DNA from: Alloascoidea hylecoeti
Lineage: Eukaryota
Length of the DNA: 64,000 bases
Assembly: GCA_001600815.1 (NCBI GenBank)
Contig: BCKZ01000009.1
Coordinates: 1 to 64,000, forward strand
Direction: 5' to 3'
Both the position numbers and the translations under genes were made by a program. Of this stretch, positions 47,894-59,399 are shown piece after piece. Within the stretch, counting starts at the first letter, position 1. The number at the start of each line of letters is the position of its first letter. A model generated the notes under the pieces. That model saw only the letters and a list, made by a program, of their open reading frames with translations, had not been told where the DNA came from and searched no databases.

Positions 47894-49378
47894 TTAAACT
47901 GCATCAACTTTAACTTCAGCTTCATGAATATCTTCTCTTGTTTCATCACTAAATTTTAAATCTTCTTCTTCATTAGTATGTTCAACAACTTTCATAAATA
48001 TAACAGGAACTGCAAAAATTAATGAAGCAATTAACAAAACCCAACTACTAATGAATAAATTCATATATGGGATTTTAATAGCATCTAATCTCCAAACAAT
48101 TGCAGCACCAGCCGATTGAATACCTTTATAAAATCCGGCATATAATGCAGTTTTTCTTGAAGAATTTGATAAAGCTCCCATTACCCAATAAACATAAGTT
48201 TGCCATAAAGCATCAAAGATACCATAAAACATGTATAAGAACATTGGTCCAATATAGCCACCATCTTGAAAATCAAGTTCTGTGACAGCAGTTGCTAAAT
48301 TATCTCTTGTATAAGGCAATTGAAATTTCAAACCACCACCCCAAATAACTAATGTTAAAATCATAATGAAAACCCAACCAACTCTAGCACGAGTTTTTCT
48401 TGTAAATCGTTTCCAATCTAATAAAAATCCCATTATTCCTGCACCAATCATTTGCATAAACCAATATAATAATTCATTTAAAGATCTTGTTCTAATATCA
48501 AATCTTGGAGCATTAACACAATTAAATTGATAAGTATAAAACCAATTTGATGCAAAAAACATTGGAAATAATGGTAAAATTTTTGTTGGTTCAGAATATA
48601 ATAAATTCCATAAAGCTAATAATTCAGATTTCCATGATGGAGCTTTTTGATAAATAACTCTTGTACCATCAGCTTTCCAAACTTTACTAACAGGTAATAA
48701 AAAGCATGCTAATACAGCACCAACTGCCATTAAAGCTAAAAATGCAGCATAAGTACCATCACCAACTGAAGTACCTTGATTATTAATATTTTCAGCTAAT
48801 GGAACACAAGATCCAATAACAGCACCTAAATTAAATATAATCCAAAAGACCATAATTGCTTTTCCTTTACTATCTTCTGAAGGATAAGACATAATAATTG
48901 ATCCTTGAGCGGCCCATAAACAACCTGCACAAACACCTAAAAATGCACCAGCAAAGATAACAAAACCTTCATTTTCGATATGTTTATAAGCCAATAAAGA
49001 ACCAGAATATAAAGCATAACCAATACCTCCAAAAGCCATTGTCAAATTTACACCTAATTTATTACAAATAGTACCCCCAAAGAAACCAAAAGTTGCAAAA
49101 GTTGAATATAAAGCAACATTTGCATTTGCTGAAGTTGAAGTATCTAACATTCCTGAACCACCTAAACCATTTAAAGCATTAAACATACCTGGACACAAAA
49201 AACAAACAAATGATACCATTATGATTTGAGTCATTGCATGTGAATAAGGGAAAAGTTTGAAACCAAATAATGTATTTTGTTTATCGTACCATTTGTTTAC
49301 ATGTTGGGTTGATTCTTCTTCATGTTCATGAGGGTGGACATTTACTTTCTCATCATTTATAGAATCATGAGAAGACAT
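47894..49378 (-). CDS. UNC-93-like MFS transporter, NGT1-like (candidate GlcNAc transporter), 494 aa
   Basis: FLCPGMFNAL.GLGG, ANANVALYSTF, LWAAQGSIIMSYP, LFPMFFASNWFYTYQFN, AGFYKGIQSAGAAI. Confidence 0.9.
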   Translation of the reverse strand: MSSHDSINDEKVNVHPHEHEEESTQHVNKWYDKQNTLFGFKLFPYSHAMTQIIMVSFVCFLCPGMFNALNGLGGSGMLDTSTSANANVALYSTFATFGFFGGTICNKLGVNLTMAFGGIGYALYSGSLLAYKHIENEGFVIFAGAFLGVCAGCLWAAQGSIIMSYPSEDSKGKAIMVFWIIFNLGAVIGSCVPLAENINNQGTSVGDGTYAAFLALMAVGAVLACFLLPVSKVWKADGTRVIYQKAPSWKSELLALWNLLYSEPTKILPLFPMFFASNWFYTYQFNCVNAPRFDIRTRSLNELLYWFMQMIGAGIMGFLLDWKRFTRKTRARVGWVFIMILTLVIWGGGLKFQLPYTRDNLATAVTELDFQDGGYIGPMFLYMFYGIFDALWQTYVYWVMGALSNSSRKTALYAGFYKGIQSAGAAIVWRLDAIKIPYMNLFISSWVLLIASLIFAVPVIFMKVVEHTNEEEDLKFSDETREDIHEAEVKVDAV

Positions 49379-51546
49379 TTTTATATTCTTTTTTCTTTTT
49401 ATAGTATTAATAAAATTTGAAAATTATACAAATTTCATGCAAAAGAATATACAGTTTAAATATTAATGATGTTGAAAAATTATAAAAACTGGGGAAAATG
49501 GATTAATTATATATAAATTTTAAGGCGAGACATTTTTACATATTATTTTTAACTCAAAAATCTCATACTCACTGATAAGCTTACGACATCTGTATTCTAT
49601 TGCAACCCTGGGGTCACATGATGTCGCACGGCACTTTATAATTAAGCTTTTTTTAACGTTCCACTTCTAGGTTTTTCATAATTTTTCCCCCTCTTTAGAT
49701 TAGGTTGTTGCGAACACCATGTTACAATCTTTAGAAAGCGATTATGTGTTGCAACACCATTATCGAAGGTATTGGCATTACTTGTCTTCAACTATTCAAT
49801 CGGTGACGTCTGATATAGAGTTGGTGTTCAGCGTGTGCGGCAAAAGTTTTGTAATCAATATTATAATAGTACCGGTTTAGACGGCCAATTAAATGCCTGT
49901 TATACGTATAAATATCCAGAACTTGGTACAGGATTAATTGTTCTTGGTCACACTCATAAGTTATAATTAGTCCTGAATCCTGATTCATGATCACCCTATT
50001 AATAGACGGAAGAGTATCCTTATTATAGGGGTTAAAGAAGCCTCTTATTGTGTCCAAATCGTTAGTATGATTATGAGAATAAAAATAAGCGTTTAACCTC
50101 ACACTTTCTTGTTCTTCTTCTTCTTAAACCTTACGCTGCTAGAGAAACATCTTTAATGATCTTTTATAAATAAGATAGTTTTTCCTTTAAAAGTTGCCTA
50201 GGTTATTGATACCAATTGCTGATTAGTAACGATTTAAAATTTAAAGTATGACTTCACTGACTTGCAAGAAAAGTACACTTTTATGGACTAAATATAAACA
50301 TACAAACAAAACTATTTATATCTTTAGCTAGCGAATCAGTGGCAATTGAGTTCCGCCATTTATTGTAAGAAGCTTATTTGTTTAGCGTCTTATCCTATTT
50401 GGTACTACGGTAAATTGGTATGATACATTCTTTATAAATCAAGTTAACGTGGACATCATGTAAATTCTCTTCAAATTTATTAATTATATCCAAGTTAGTA
50501 TTGTAAATTTGCAATTGCAAAGCTTGGCTTTTCATGATTTCATTATTAATATTGTACTCTGTTCTGGGTTCGGCTCCAAAGATCCTAATAGGAAATTCAT
50601 TAAAGAGAATCGGGTCACTGTATGCATTTAAAGGTCTAGTTAGGATCGCTCTGTTTATAAAAATCTTCCCAGAACTCTATAAATTCTATAATTAATGGAC
50701 CTTCATAAATTAGTAATACTAATGAAGCCTTCCAATTCATCGAAATGTTGTTTCCAGATCTGAGGTTCCATTGACATTTTACTAGCCACCGCACACCGGT
50801 AATATATTTAATCCCAGCCACAAATTTCCAACAAATTCCCTGAAACTGGACTCGACAACGTCGAGTTGCAAGGGTATCCAAAGATTCCACACGGCGTCCC
50901 CCGCATTATTAAGGAGCAAAATAGATATAACCGTGTCGTGTGATCAATCGAACTATGTCGTACTTGACGTTCTTTAAAATTTGTGACCCAATTCAATTCA
51001 ATTGCTTACCAAAAAAGCGTTATACCAAAATTAACCAAATCATCAATGGTGGTGTATCAACTTAGGTAGATCATCTTAAGTTGTTTCAATTTGGCTTAAA
51101 ATTTACAGATGTGATTGATCAGTATATTCATTCATTACTTAAAATTGGATATAAATTCAAAGTTAACTAATTAATTGCATATAACTTGATATGAAATAAT
51201 GAGATATTTAAAAATCTAGTTCAAGGAAGGCATCAATCCGTTGTGGGAATGAAATATTTACTTATTTAGTGAATATCACCAATGCTTCATGATCATGATC
51301 ATGATCAAAGATAAAATAAAAAATTCAATCATTTTTTTTTCTCTTTTTAAGATGTGTAAATTGTACAACGGTATACCGTTTGCTGTTGGTGAGTATTTCC
51401 TTTTTCAGAATAATTAAAAATCGAATTGTATTGTAGGGTAACAGGTCCTCACAACTCTCAGTTTGTGATGGTATAATTCTTAGAATTTCATTTTCAGTCA
51501 TTCTTCTTCTTTTATTTTTTCCATCATTAACAACAATAATCAAACA

Positions 51547-52806
51547 ATGACATACAAGTTATACCAATATTTACTCATCGGGATCTTTTCTTTTATTGGA
51601 CTTACCATTTTGTTGACAATACTTTATATTGGATCTCAAATTTATTTTACACCTTCTGTTTTAATCCATTATCATTATTATCGATTGGTTTTAAAAAAAC
51701 AAGTTTCAACATTGGAATATTCAATTGCAAATAATAAACGAAAAATTAATGATTTGAATAAAAATGATAGAAATCAAATTTATAAAATTCAATTAAAAAT
51801 TAAAAAATATAAAATAAACGCTGATTATTATTTAAAAATTTTTAATTTTTTTGAATTAGAAGGTTTTAATGGAATTAATAATAAAGTATCATGGATAAAT
51901 AAATTTTATTGGTTTTTTTTAAAAAAAATTATTAAATCAAACATTAATAATTATGTTAAATATATTAAAAAATTCAAATTAATTTTAAAAGAATTAACTA
52001 ATAATGAAAAACAAAGAATTAATAATGAATTTTTAAAATTAAATTCTTTAAGTTTTGATATTATTTGGATTTGTTTTATATTAAATTCTTTTATAAATAT
52101 TCAATTATTAAAAGAATTAATGATTTGTTTTTATAAAGAAGGTGGTATTAATGTTAATGAAGTCACAAGTCATGTTGATAGCTTGGTGCCTTTTGATGAA
52201 TCTGATACCCCAATTGAATCTAAAATTTCAAATAATATATCACTTTTGATGAATCATGAGATTCCACATTATTTTCACAAAAATGATAGCTTTGGTTTCC
52301 TTAAAATCCAAGAAATTGATAATTTTCAAGTTTATGATATTCCCATGCCTACTAGTGCACACACTAGCATAGATACCAACATTGATGATGAAAATACCAA
52401 ATCAATATACATGTTAAGGATGAATTCTATTGTTGAAGAATGGATCTATGAATCCTTTTCAGTTGAAGAAATCGAGAAGAAGAAATTAATTGGTATTAAA
52501 GTAATCCTTGGTTATATAATTGGAAATACTGAAGAAATTAAACCGGCTGAAAATAATAATTATAACTCTTCAGCTATAAATCCTTTTTCAAATTCATATA
52601 AAGATAGTTTGATTTATCATGTTAAGAAATCTCCTGAATATTTTAAAACTTATAGTCAACTACAATTAAAACTTTCAGCAATAGATGATGATGTTGATAA
52701 TGGGGAAGAATTAGTTACTGTTCAGAATCTTTTGGCAACTACTTTACAAAATATTGGAGAGGTTGATAAAGCAAATAAAATAGCTAAGAGACAATCTTTT
52801 CAATAA
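51547..52806 (+). CDS. Uncharacterised protein with an N-terminal TM/signal anchor, 419 aa
   Basis: Intact ORF with host-like codon usage, hydrophobic aa 8-30. No family recognised. Confidence 0.75.
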   Translation: MTYKLYQYLLIGIFSFIGLTILLTILYIGSQIYFTPSVLIHYHYYRLVLKKQVSTLEYSIANNKRKINDLNKNDRNQIYKIQLKIKKYKINADYYLKIFNFFELEGFNGINNKVSWINKFYWFFLKKIIKSNINNYVKYIKKFKLILKELTNNEKQRINNEFLKLNSLSFDIIWICFILNSFINIQLLKELMICFYKEGGINVNEVTSHVDSLVPFDESDTPIESKISNNISLLMNHEIPHYFHKNDSFGFLKIQEIDNFQVYDIPMPTSAHTSIDTNIDDENTKSIYMLRMNSIVEEWIYESFSVEEIEKKKLIGIKVILGYIIGNTEEIKPAENNNYNSSAINPFSNSYKDSLIYHVKKSPEYFKTYSQLQLKLSAIDDDVDNGEELVTVQNLLATTLQNIGEVDKANKIAKRQSFQ

Positions 52807-53268
52807 AACTTAATTATAAGCTATGATACGATAATTAATTGATGTTAATATTTTAACTTTTGAAATCCTTAACTCAACAAAATATATATTAATATTATTT
52901 TTGACTATACCATTAATAATAGAGACTTGTAATCGCACCGATATCCGATTTCAGTTGCAATTTTGCAAATTTTCAATTATTAATAAGTATAAGAAGAATA
53001 TTTATTAAGCCTGAATAACTATATTAACTACTATTGATATCATCTCTAGTCTATCTATGTTACAATTGTGATTTAGGTAGTGACCCCGCACAAAAAAAAA
53101 AATACGAAACACGGGAAAATCTAGTAGTTCTTTTTATAGATTTTAGAAGTATTTGGTGTTGTTTAGGAGGTGAAACGCGCCGTAAAGGTTTGATCATGCT
53201 CTCTAAATCATTCATCGTTCCTACGATTTAGACATGCGATCGGCTCGGACTCAGGCATTTTTGGTGAA

Positions 53269-53466
53269 GGGCCGATACCATCCCGATACCAGGGCCAAAA
53301 AAGATGCCCGATACCGACATTACCAAAACCTCTCAATTAGTAACGTGACCATCGCATGAGCGTCTTGTCCTCACTTTAATTTACTCAAAAATATTTTAAT
53401 AAGGTTACCCTATCTTATTACATAATCAAATGGAAATACAGACGGGCCGATACCAACCCGATACCA
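53269..53466. repeat. Cluster of five CCGATACC motifs, including a duplicated 23-bp unit GGGCCGATACCAWCCCGATACCA
   Basis: CCGATACC at 53272, 53283, 53308, 53447 and 53458; 23-mer at 53269-53291 and 53444-53466. Confidence 0.9.
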
Positions 53467-54569
53467 TCAATCCAGTAGTGATTTTTCCATCACTGTAGTT
53501 CCTCAAAACTTCTTCCGGATTGAATCATGATGTACTATACCTATATTTTAGAAATGAAAAAGTATAATCTTAGAGGTCAATTCCTGGTTTAGACACATAT
53601 TTACAGAACATCAGCTTTCTGGGCATATAATCTCTAGCGTAGCATAGATTTTCTGAGTTGTACTTCTTGAATAGCTTGAAGACACTCGCTCGGGTAAGCC
53701 AAGAAACCGACGTTTTGTGTTCGTACCACTAAAAAGGAGGTTAAAGAATCTACGATGAGAAGGTAAATCTCCCCTCCACTGACTTCAAAAAAAAAAGAAC
53801 TTCATTAAAATATACAAGAAGGCAAGCGCTGAAGTTATAATCTCTAAAAATTCGATCGGGTATTTCAGTAATTGGAATTCATCCTTTTAAACTTCAGAAG
53901 ATATTATCGAAGTTTGGGGAAGTTTGGGTTAGGGAAAAAGAGGTAGAAGTAACCAAACAATTGAGGAGAAATTCATTTTTTAAGAGAAGTTATCTGAATC
54001 AATACCGTGTTTGTAAAATTAGTACAAAGCAAGGTTGGAAAAATTGAAAACATTAAATAACCGATGTTAATGTATGTACCTAGACAAATCACATCAAGGG
54101 AACACAGCAAGCTCACATTCCTAGCACATTACTCGAAGATCACATGAAAGTTATAATTTAGACATCTAAGAGAAGAAAGGAACTAATTATATACAATTAT
54201 CTGGGGATAATAAGAGAAAAATGTCGGCTTAGAACTAAGGAATACAATACGTCAAATCGTAGAACGCTTACACTACGACAAGATTTACAAAATATAAATA
54301 TTAAAAATATATTATCAAATTTAAATTTATGTGATTAAGTATATTCCAGTGATAATAATTTTAATAATCTATATTTGTTGGTGGTTCTGTAATTGGTGAA
54401 AGCTACTTTAGTACTTGTTCTCTCCTAATACTTACCCTTTTTTATGTAAGAATAATTTGGTCTTATATACACAAAAGTGACTATCAAAAAGTAAAATATC
54501 TATTGAGGAATTTGAAAGAGTCGACTTCCATTTTAAGAAGTGAAGCTTTCCCGGGCATATTAATTATAT

Positions 54570-54932
54570 TACACAAAGTTTCTGATGGTTAAATTCATAT
54601 CATGATATCAAGTTTGGTTGTTTCAACAAAAAAGACAAAAAGTATAGCACCGTCTTCATCCTATACTTTTGAAATTCAGGAGAAGCTCCTTACGATGATT
54701 CTTACACATGTATGTATTATATTATTTTATGATGCTAACTTTTAAGTAGGCCTATCAATAAAAATAAATAATATTGAAATCTATTATGATCATATCTGGT
54801 GCCGAAAGTTCATACTATGGTTATAACCTCAATTATAATCATTATTGATCGAAGCTTAAGGTTTAGATAAGAATTTCACGAAGATATATAAATTCAACTA
54901 ATTCATCCGCAATTTTTGCAATAGCCGAAGAT
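54570..54932 (+). repeat. Orphan family X remnant, copy B (mini-intron 54710-54749)
   Basis: Diverged direct repeat of 57135-57483; shared blocks include aattataatcattattgatcgaa, tcacgaagat and aatagccgaagat. Confidence 0.8.
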
Positions 54933-55307
54933 TAATTAATTTAAAATCATATAATATGTTAAGATTTGTATATCACAAAATTATTATAGGATTATTTACT
55001 AGTGGTTGAACCTTGGGCTTGATGTGATGTAATTATAGAAGTATTAACATCCTTTAAATTTCATTTATTTCTCATATATTGCTGGAACCATTTGACTATG
55101 CATATAACATCAGAAAAAGAAATGATTTAGAAGGTGAAATATAATACACATCTTGAACTGGTTTCATGCTCAAATATGTATTTGATTCTACAATGTGGCC
55201 TAAGGAATTAAACAATTTCTATGGGAAGATCAAGTTTATTAAAGTTAATTTATTAATATTATGAATATATTTTGATGAATATTCTCTCATTATATTGGTA
55301 TTCCAAT

Positions 55308-56093
55308 TTATATCTTATCTTTATCAACTGATAGCTCACTTTCGATATATGCTTCCTTATAGGCGATAATATGAGAGATATCTCTCTCCTTCTGTTTGTT
55401 ATTAGCTATCCTCCATCTCCAAAATATTTTAGCCATTTCTTTCGTAAGTTTTTTCTTACATTTACTCCAAAACAAACCACAGGCATTACATGATTTTCCA
55501 GATGGAGTGTTGCGGTTCTGGGTATCAAATGTTTGCCCACAACATATGCATATTTTTAGAGCACTTTTATCAAGCTTTCTTTTGGGTTTTTTATTTTTAT
55601 GTTTTTTTATCTCCATTGAGGTTGAATCCGGTTTTAAAATCAGTCTCAATTTAAGTATTGGTTTTGATCTTGGTTTCGATTTTGGTTTTGAAATCGATTT
55701 ATCATGAACATGATTTCTAAGTTTTTCATTCATTTTTTCATATTTCTCTTTAATATCATCAATGTTTGAAATAGCTTTTAATAGTAAATTTTGAACTCCA
55801 GATGTTCCAATGTATCTTTCATTGGTGCTACTTTCAACATCTGTCTTGATCTTAAAAAATTTCTTCTTCATATTATAAAAATACATGTACGATGAACAGG
55901 TGCTCTCAGATGAAGATACAGAGTGCAAACTTAAGCTTGCAAGTGACAGCAACGCAGGGTCGGTATTAGAATCCGGAGTCTTATTCAATTCCTCAGTAGT
56001 AACACTGGTGCTTGAATTTTCTACGGTTCTGATATCGATTGATGGTGAAGATGTAGGCTTGTCCAGATTGTTGTTAGAATTTGCTTCATCCAT
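55308..56093 (-). CDS. Divergent GATA-type zinc-finger protein (Gat3/Gat4-like), 261 aa
   Basis: CICC-X16-CNACGLFW, followed by a basic helix (AKIFWRWR...ERDI) reminiscent of Gat3/Gat4. Confidence 0.75.
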   Translation of the reverse strand: MDEANSNNNLDKPTSSPSIDIRTVENSSTSVTTEELNKTPDSNTDPALLSLASLSLHSVSSSESTCSSYMYFYNMKKKFFKIKTDVESSTNERYIGTSGVQNLLLKAISNIDDIKEKYEKMNEKLRNHVHDKSISKPKSKPRSKPILKLRLILKPDSTSMEIKKHKNKKPKRKLDKSALKICICCGQTFDTQNRNTPSGKSCNACGLFWSKCKKKLTKEMAKIFWRWRIANNKQKERDISHIIAYKEAYIESELSVDKDKI

Positions 56094-56929
56094 TTTTGAT
56101 TGTACGTGAAAATATTTTTAATCGCAAGTGTATGGAGAAAGAAATGGGCGAGTGGAGATAGGAGGATTTCATATTTCTAAATTTTTTTTAATTATGTCCA
56201 CTCTGAATTCGGTATATTGTGATAATAATATATGCATAATATTATGCCCATGCTGAATCTGAGAATTGCATAAACACCCACTCCGAATCCAGTGTATTGC
56301 ATATTGAAAAAAAACCAAGTTCTATATGTTTACATAAAATCGTACGGGTCATCAATCTCTCAAGATTGATTAATACATTAATATGAACAGATGATAAATC
56401 CTTTAGTTTTTAGTTCTACATAGCTCTCTTCCTAAAATACTATATCATTATTCTACTCTTTTCTCGTAATAATCCCTTTAGTTTAATATTGAAAATACCG
56501 TAGTTAACAATTCAATTATACTATCAGATCCAAAATTGTTTCAAATTCCGATAGGATCTGATGCTCCAGCTTTAACAAGATGATATATATCTAATACAAT
56601 ATATCAAGTTATTGCTGTCATGATTATGTACACTAATGTTCGGTCATTTTAGATTAGTTGAAATACAGGAGCCGTAAGGAATCAAGTCCAAGTGTCACAC
56701 ATTCAGTAAATAATAAATCATAAGTTTCCATAAAGAGTAATTGCGTGTCTTTCTATCTATGATAAACTTATGGATTTTTCTTGTTTTTTTTTCCTTAAAC
56801 GCCAAATTTCCTTTTTTGTTGGGTTCCATTTTGTTATTTATTGTAGTGATACTGAGGCCCATACCATTTCAACCGCATTTTCAGACACTCAGGAGAGTAG
56901 TCAATTATTTCCCATCATGGTCATTGCCA

Positions 56930-57483
56930 ATTCTCAGGTGTTTAAACCCATTGACTGATTTTTTATCGACTGATATTAACCAAATGATGGACGATATCTG
57001 TTGCGATAATTTAAGATTATATTTACCTCTGGGATTATTCAAATATGCCATCTGCTTCCATTCCAGTAACGTTGACTAAACATCAATGTTTTGGATGAAG
57101 GATTAGTTGTTGAATTGAAGGGTATTTATATTAAGCAAAGCTTCTGATGGTTAAAGTTATATCATGACCTTAAGTTTGGTTTTTTAAACAAAAAGGTTAA
57201 ATTTTATAGTACTATCCTTATCTTTTGAAAACTGGAAATTCAGGTGAAGTTTCTTATAATTATTCTCACACATGTATGTATTATATTATGTTATGATGCT
57301 AACTTTTAAAATTAGGCCTATTAATAAGAATAAATACTATTGCACTTGATTAATAAGGGCTACAACCCCAATTATAATCATTATTGATCGAAATTACAGG
57401 TTAAGTAAATAATCTCACGAAGATGTATGAATTCAATTAATTCATCTGCATTCATGATTTTTTCTATTGTAATAGCCGAAGAT
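56930..57483 (+). pseudogene. Orphan family X remnant, copy C (mini-intron 57274-57315)
   Basis: Homologous to copies A and B; residual reading GLVVELKGIYIKQSF*WLKLYHDLKFGFLNKK. Confidence 0.75.
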
Positions 57484-57840
57484 CATTAAGTCAGACCCAT
57501 ATAAAATCTTACTGAATACTTAATTATAGAGGTTTTTTTACTGAGATATACTAATACAGAGGATTATATAACAGTTGGAATATGAGAAGCGTTTAATTCT
57601 AAATACTATAATTTGAAAAACATTCACCTAAAGGTAATCATAAGTAATATATAATGTATCAAGTTCTTATAATTAAATGAAATTGCATCGAGAAAAACTT
57701 GAAAACTGTTTATCTAAATAGTTAGTTATCTTCAAAATTTCCTTTATTTCTATAAATATTAACTAAGTATCAAATGCAATATTAAGACGAAGAATTCAAA
57801 AATTAATGCTTGAAATCAAGTAAAAACGATGGATTTATAA

Positions 57841-58767
57841 CTAATATTCACAAGTAAGATCAAATTTTGGACTACCAGATTCTTGTCCCCAAAATCCCCA
57901 ATGTTTTTCAACATCAGAAGTACCAGAACTATCAGGTTTCCAAGATTCATCAAAAGCTTCAAAAACAAAAGTATTAATACCCCAAGCACGTATAGCACAA
58001 ATTCCTTCATTCCAAAATTGTTTTGCATTTGCAAGACTTGGTACAGATGATTCATAACTTGTACCTTCAGTTGGCCAACCAGTTTCTCCAATCCAAAAAT
58101 CAATATCAGTGGAACCTTTAACAGTTTGAATAGTTTGTAAAACTTGCATTATATCATCAAAGAATGAATATGAAGCATTTGCCATTGTTTGTCCTTGCCA
58201 ATAAGAAAAAGCATTTGCCATTATAAAATCTGATGATTTAATAACTTTATTATTTGCACCATCAACTAGAACATTCCATGAATCAACTGTTCCAACAGGT
58301 ATACCTTCATAACTTTTACCATCTTCATCATTAATTGTTTTTAATAATTCTCTAATTTCATCAATATCTGCAGATAATTCATCAGCCGTTAAATCACCTC
58401 TATATAAATGTTCAGAACCAACAACAAAAGCAGCAACATAACTTCTTTTAATAAATGGTAAATTTCTGACTAACGCTTCTTTTTCTGCTTTATAATGATC
58501 AGACATTGTTGGCCAAACACCTAAATATATTTGAAAATCATATTTTTTCAATGCAGGACCAATATTTAATAATAAATCACAATCAGCTGCTGTATAAGTT
58601 TTAACTGAAGTTGAATATGATTTTAAAATTTCAAAATCATTTTCCCAATCAGATGTTGTTTTACACTCAGAAGAATCAGTTTCGTAACCAATATTGAAAC
58701 CAAGTGTACCACTTGCAACAACCGCTGAGATAGCGGATGCTAATAAACCAAAATAAGACAAAAGCAT
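57841..58767 (-). CDS. BGL2: Cell-wall endo-beta-1,3-glucanase/glucanosyltransferase (GH17)
   Basis: Signal peptide, GVWPT, VGSE.LYR, VDSWNVLV, MANAFSYWQGQTMANASYSFFDDIMQ, GETGWPT, FEAFDE.WKPD, VEKHWG. Confidence 0.97.
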   Translation of the reverse strand: MLLSYFGLLASAISAVVASGTLGFNIGYETDSSECKTTSDWENDFEILKSYSTSVKTYTAADCDLLLNIGPALKKYDFQIYLGVWPTMSDHYKAEKEALVRNLPFIKRSYVAAFVVGSEHLYRGDLTADELSADIDEIRELLKTINDEDGKSYEGIPVGTVDSWNVLVDGANNKVIKSSDFIMANAFSYWQGQTMANASYSFFDDIMQVLQTIQTVKGSTDIDFWIGETGWPTEGTSYESSVPSLANAKQFWNEGICAIRAWGINTFVFEAFDESWKPDSSGTSDVEKHWGFWGQESGSPKFDLTCEY

Positions 58768-59399
58768 CTAGAAGAATATCAAGAAGCTCAAAACGAGTGT
58801 GCAGATTGAAAAAGAAAAAACTGGAACCCATTAAGGCTTTATATATAACTTCATTTATAGCTTACAAGATGTAAGTAATGTAGTTCTACGTTATTGCCTT
58901 TGTTATGGTTTCACTTGACAACTGTTTGTTCTATACTGCGTAAGAGTACTTTGCCATCATGGAGAATCTTCCTAGCTACAGTATAGGGGAATTATTATTA
59001 CTTCATGCTTTACGGCCGAATCGCAAAATCGTATCCATAGTATGTATATTCGATACAGGCAACTACACAAAATAAAATGAAATCGCCCTATAGGCAGCAG
59101 CTGTTATAGCTGTTGGGAACTATTGATTGCATTAGTGCGCGTCATCTTGAATGATATAATATATCGATTGAAATATTTATAATGAATATATAGTGTACTT
59201 TTATTATACATTTAGTAGGACAATAATCACTAGCTATGGTTATTGAAATATTATTATAGTTAATCTCAATATTAATTAACGTTAACATCAGGTAGAATAT
59301 TCGATGAAACCTTATAATTATAGTGTAATGTAGTTGATGAGTCTAATATCAAGTAATAATAATATTAATAATAAATTTGTATAATACCAACCTCCATAA

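Noticed and set aside
49788..50996. Short minus-strand ORFs as genes or endogenous viral fragments
   Set aside because: Non-ATG starts, stops and no recognisable motif.
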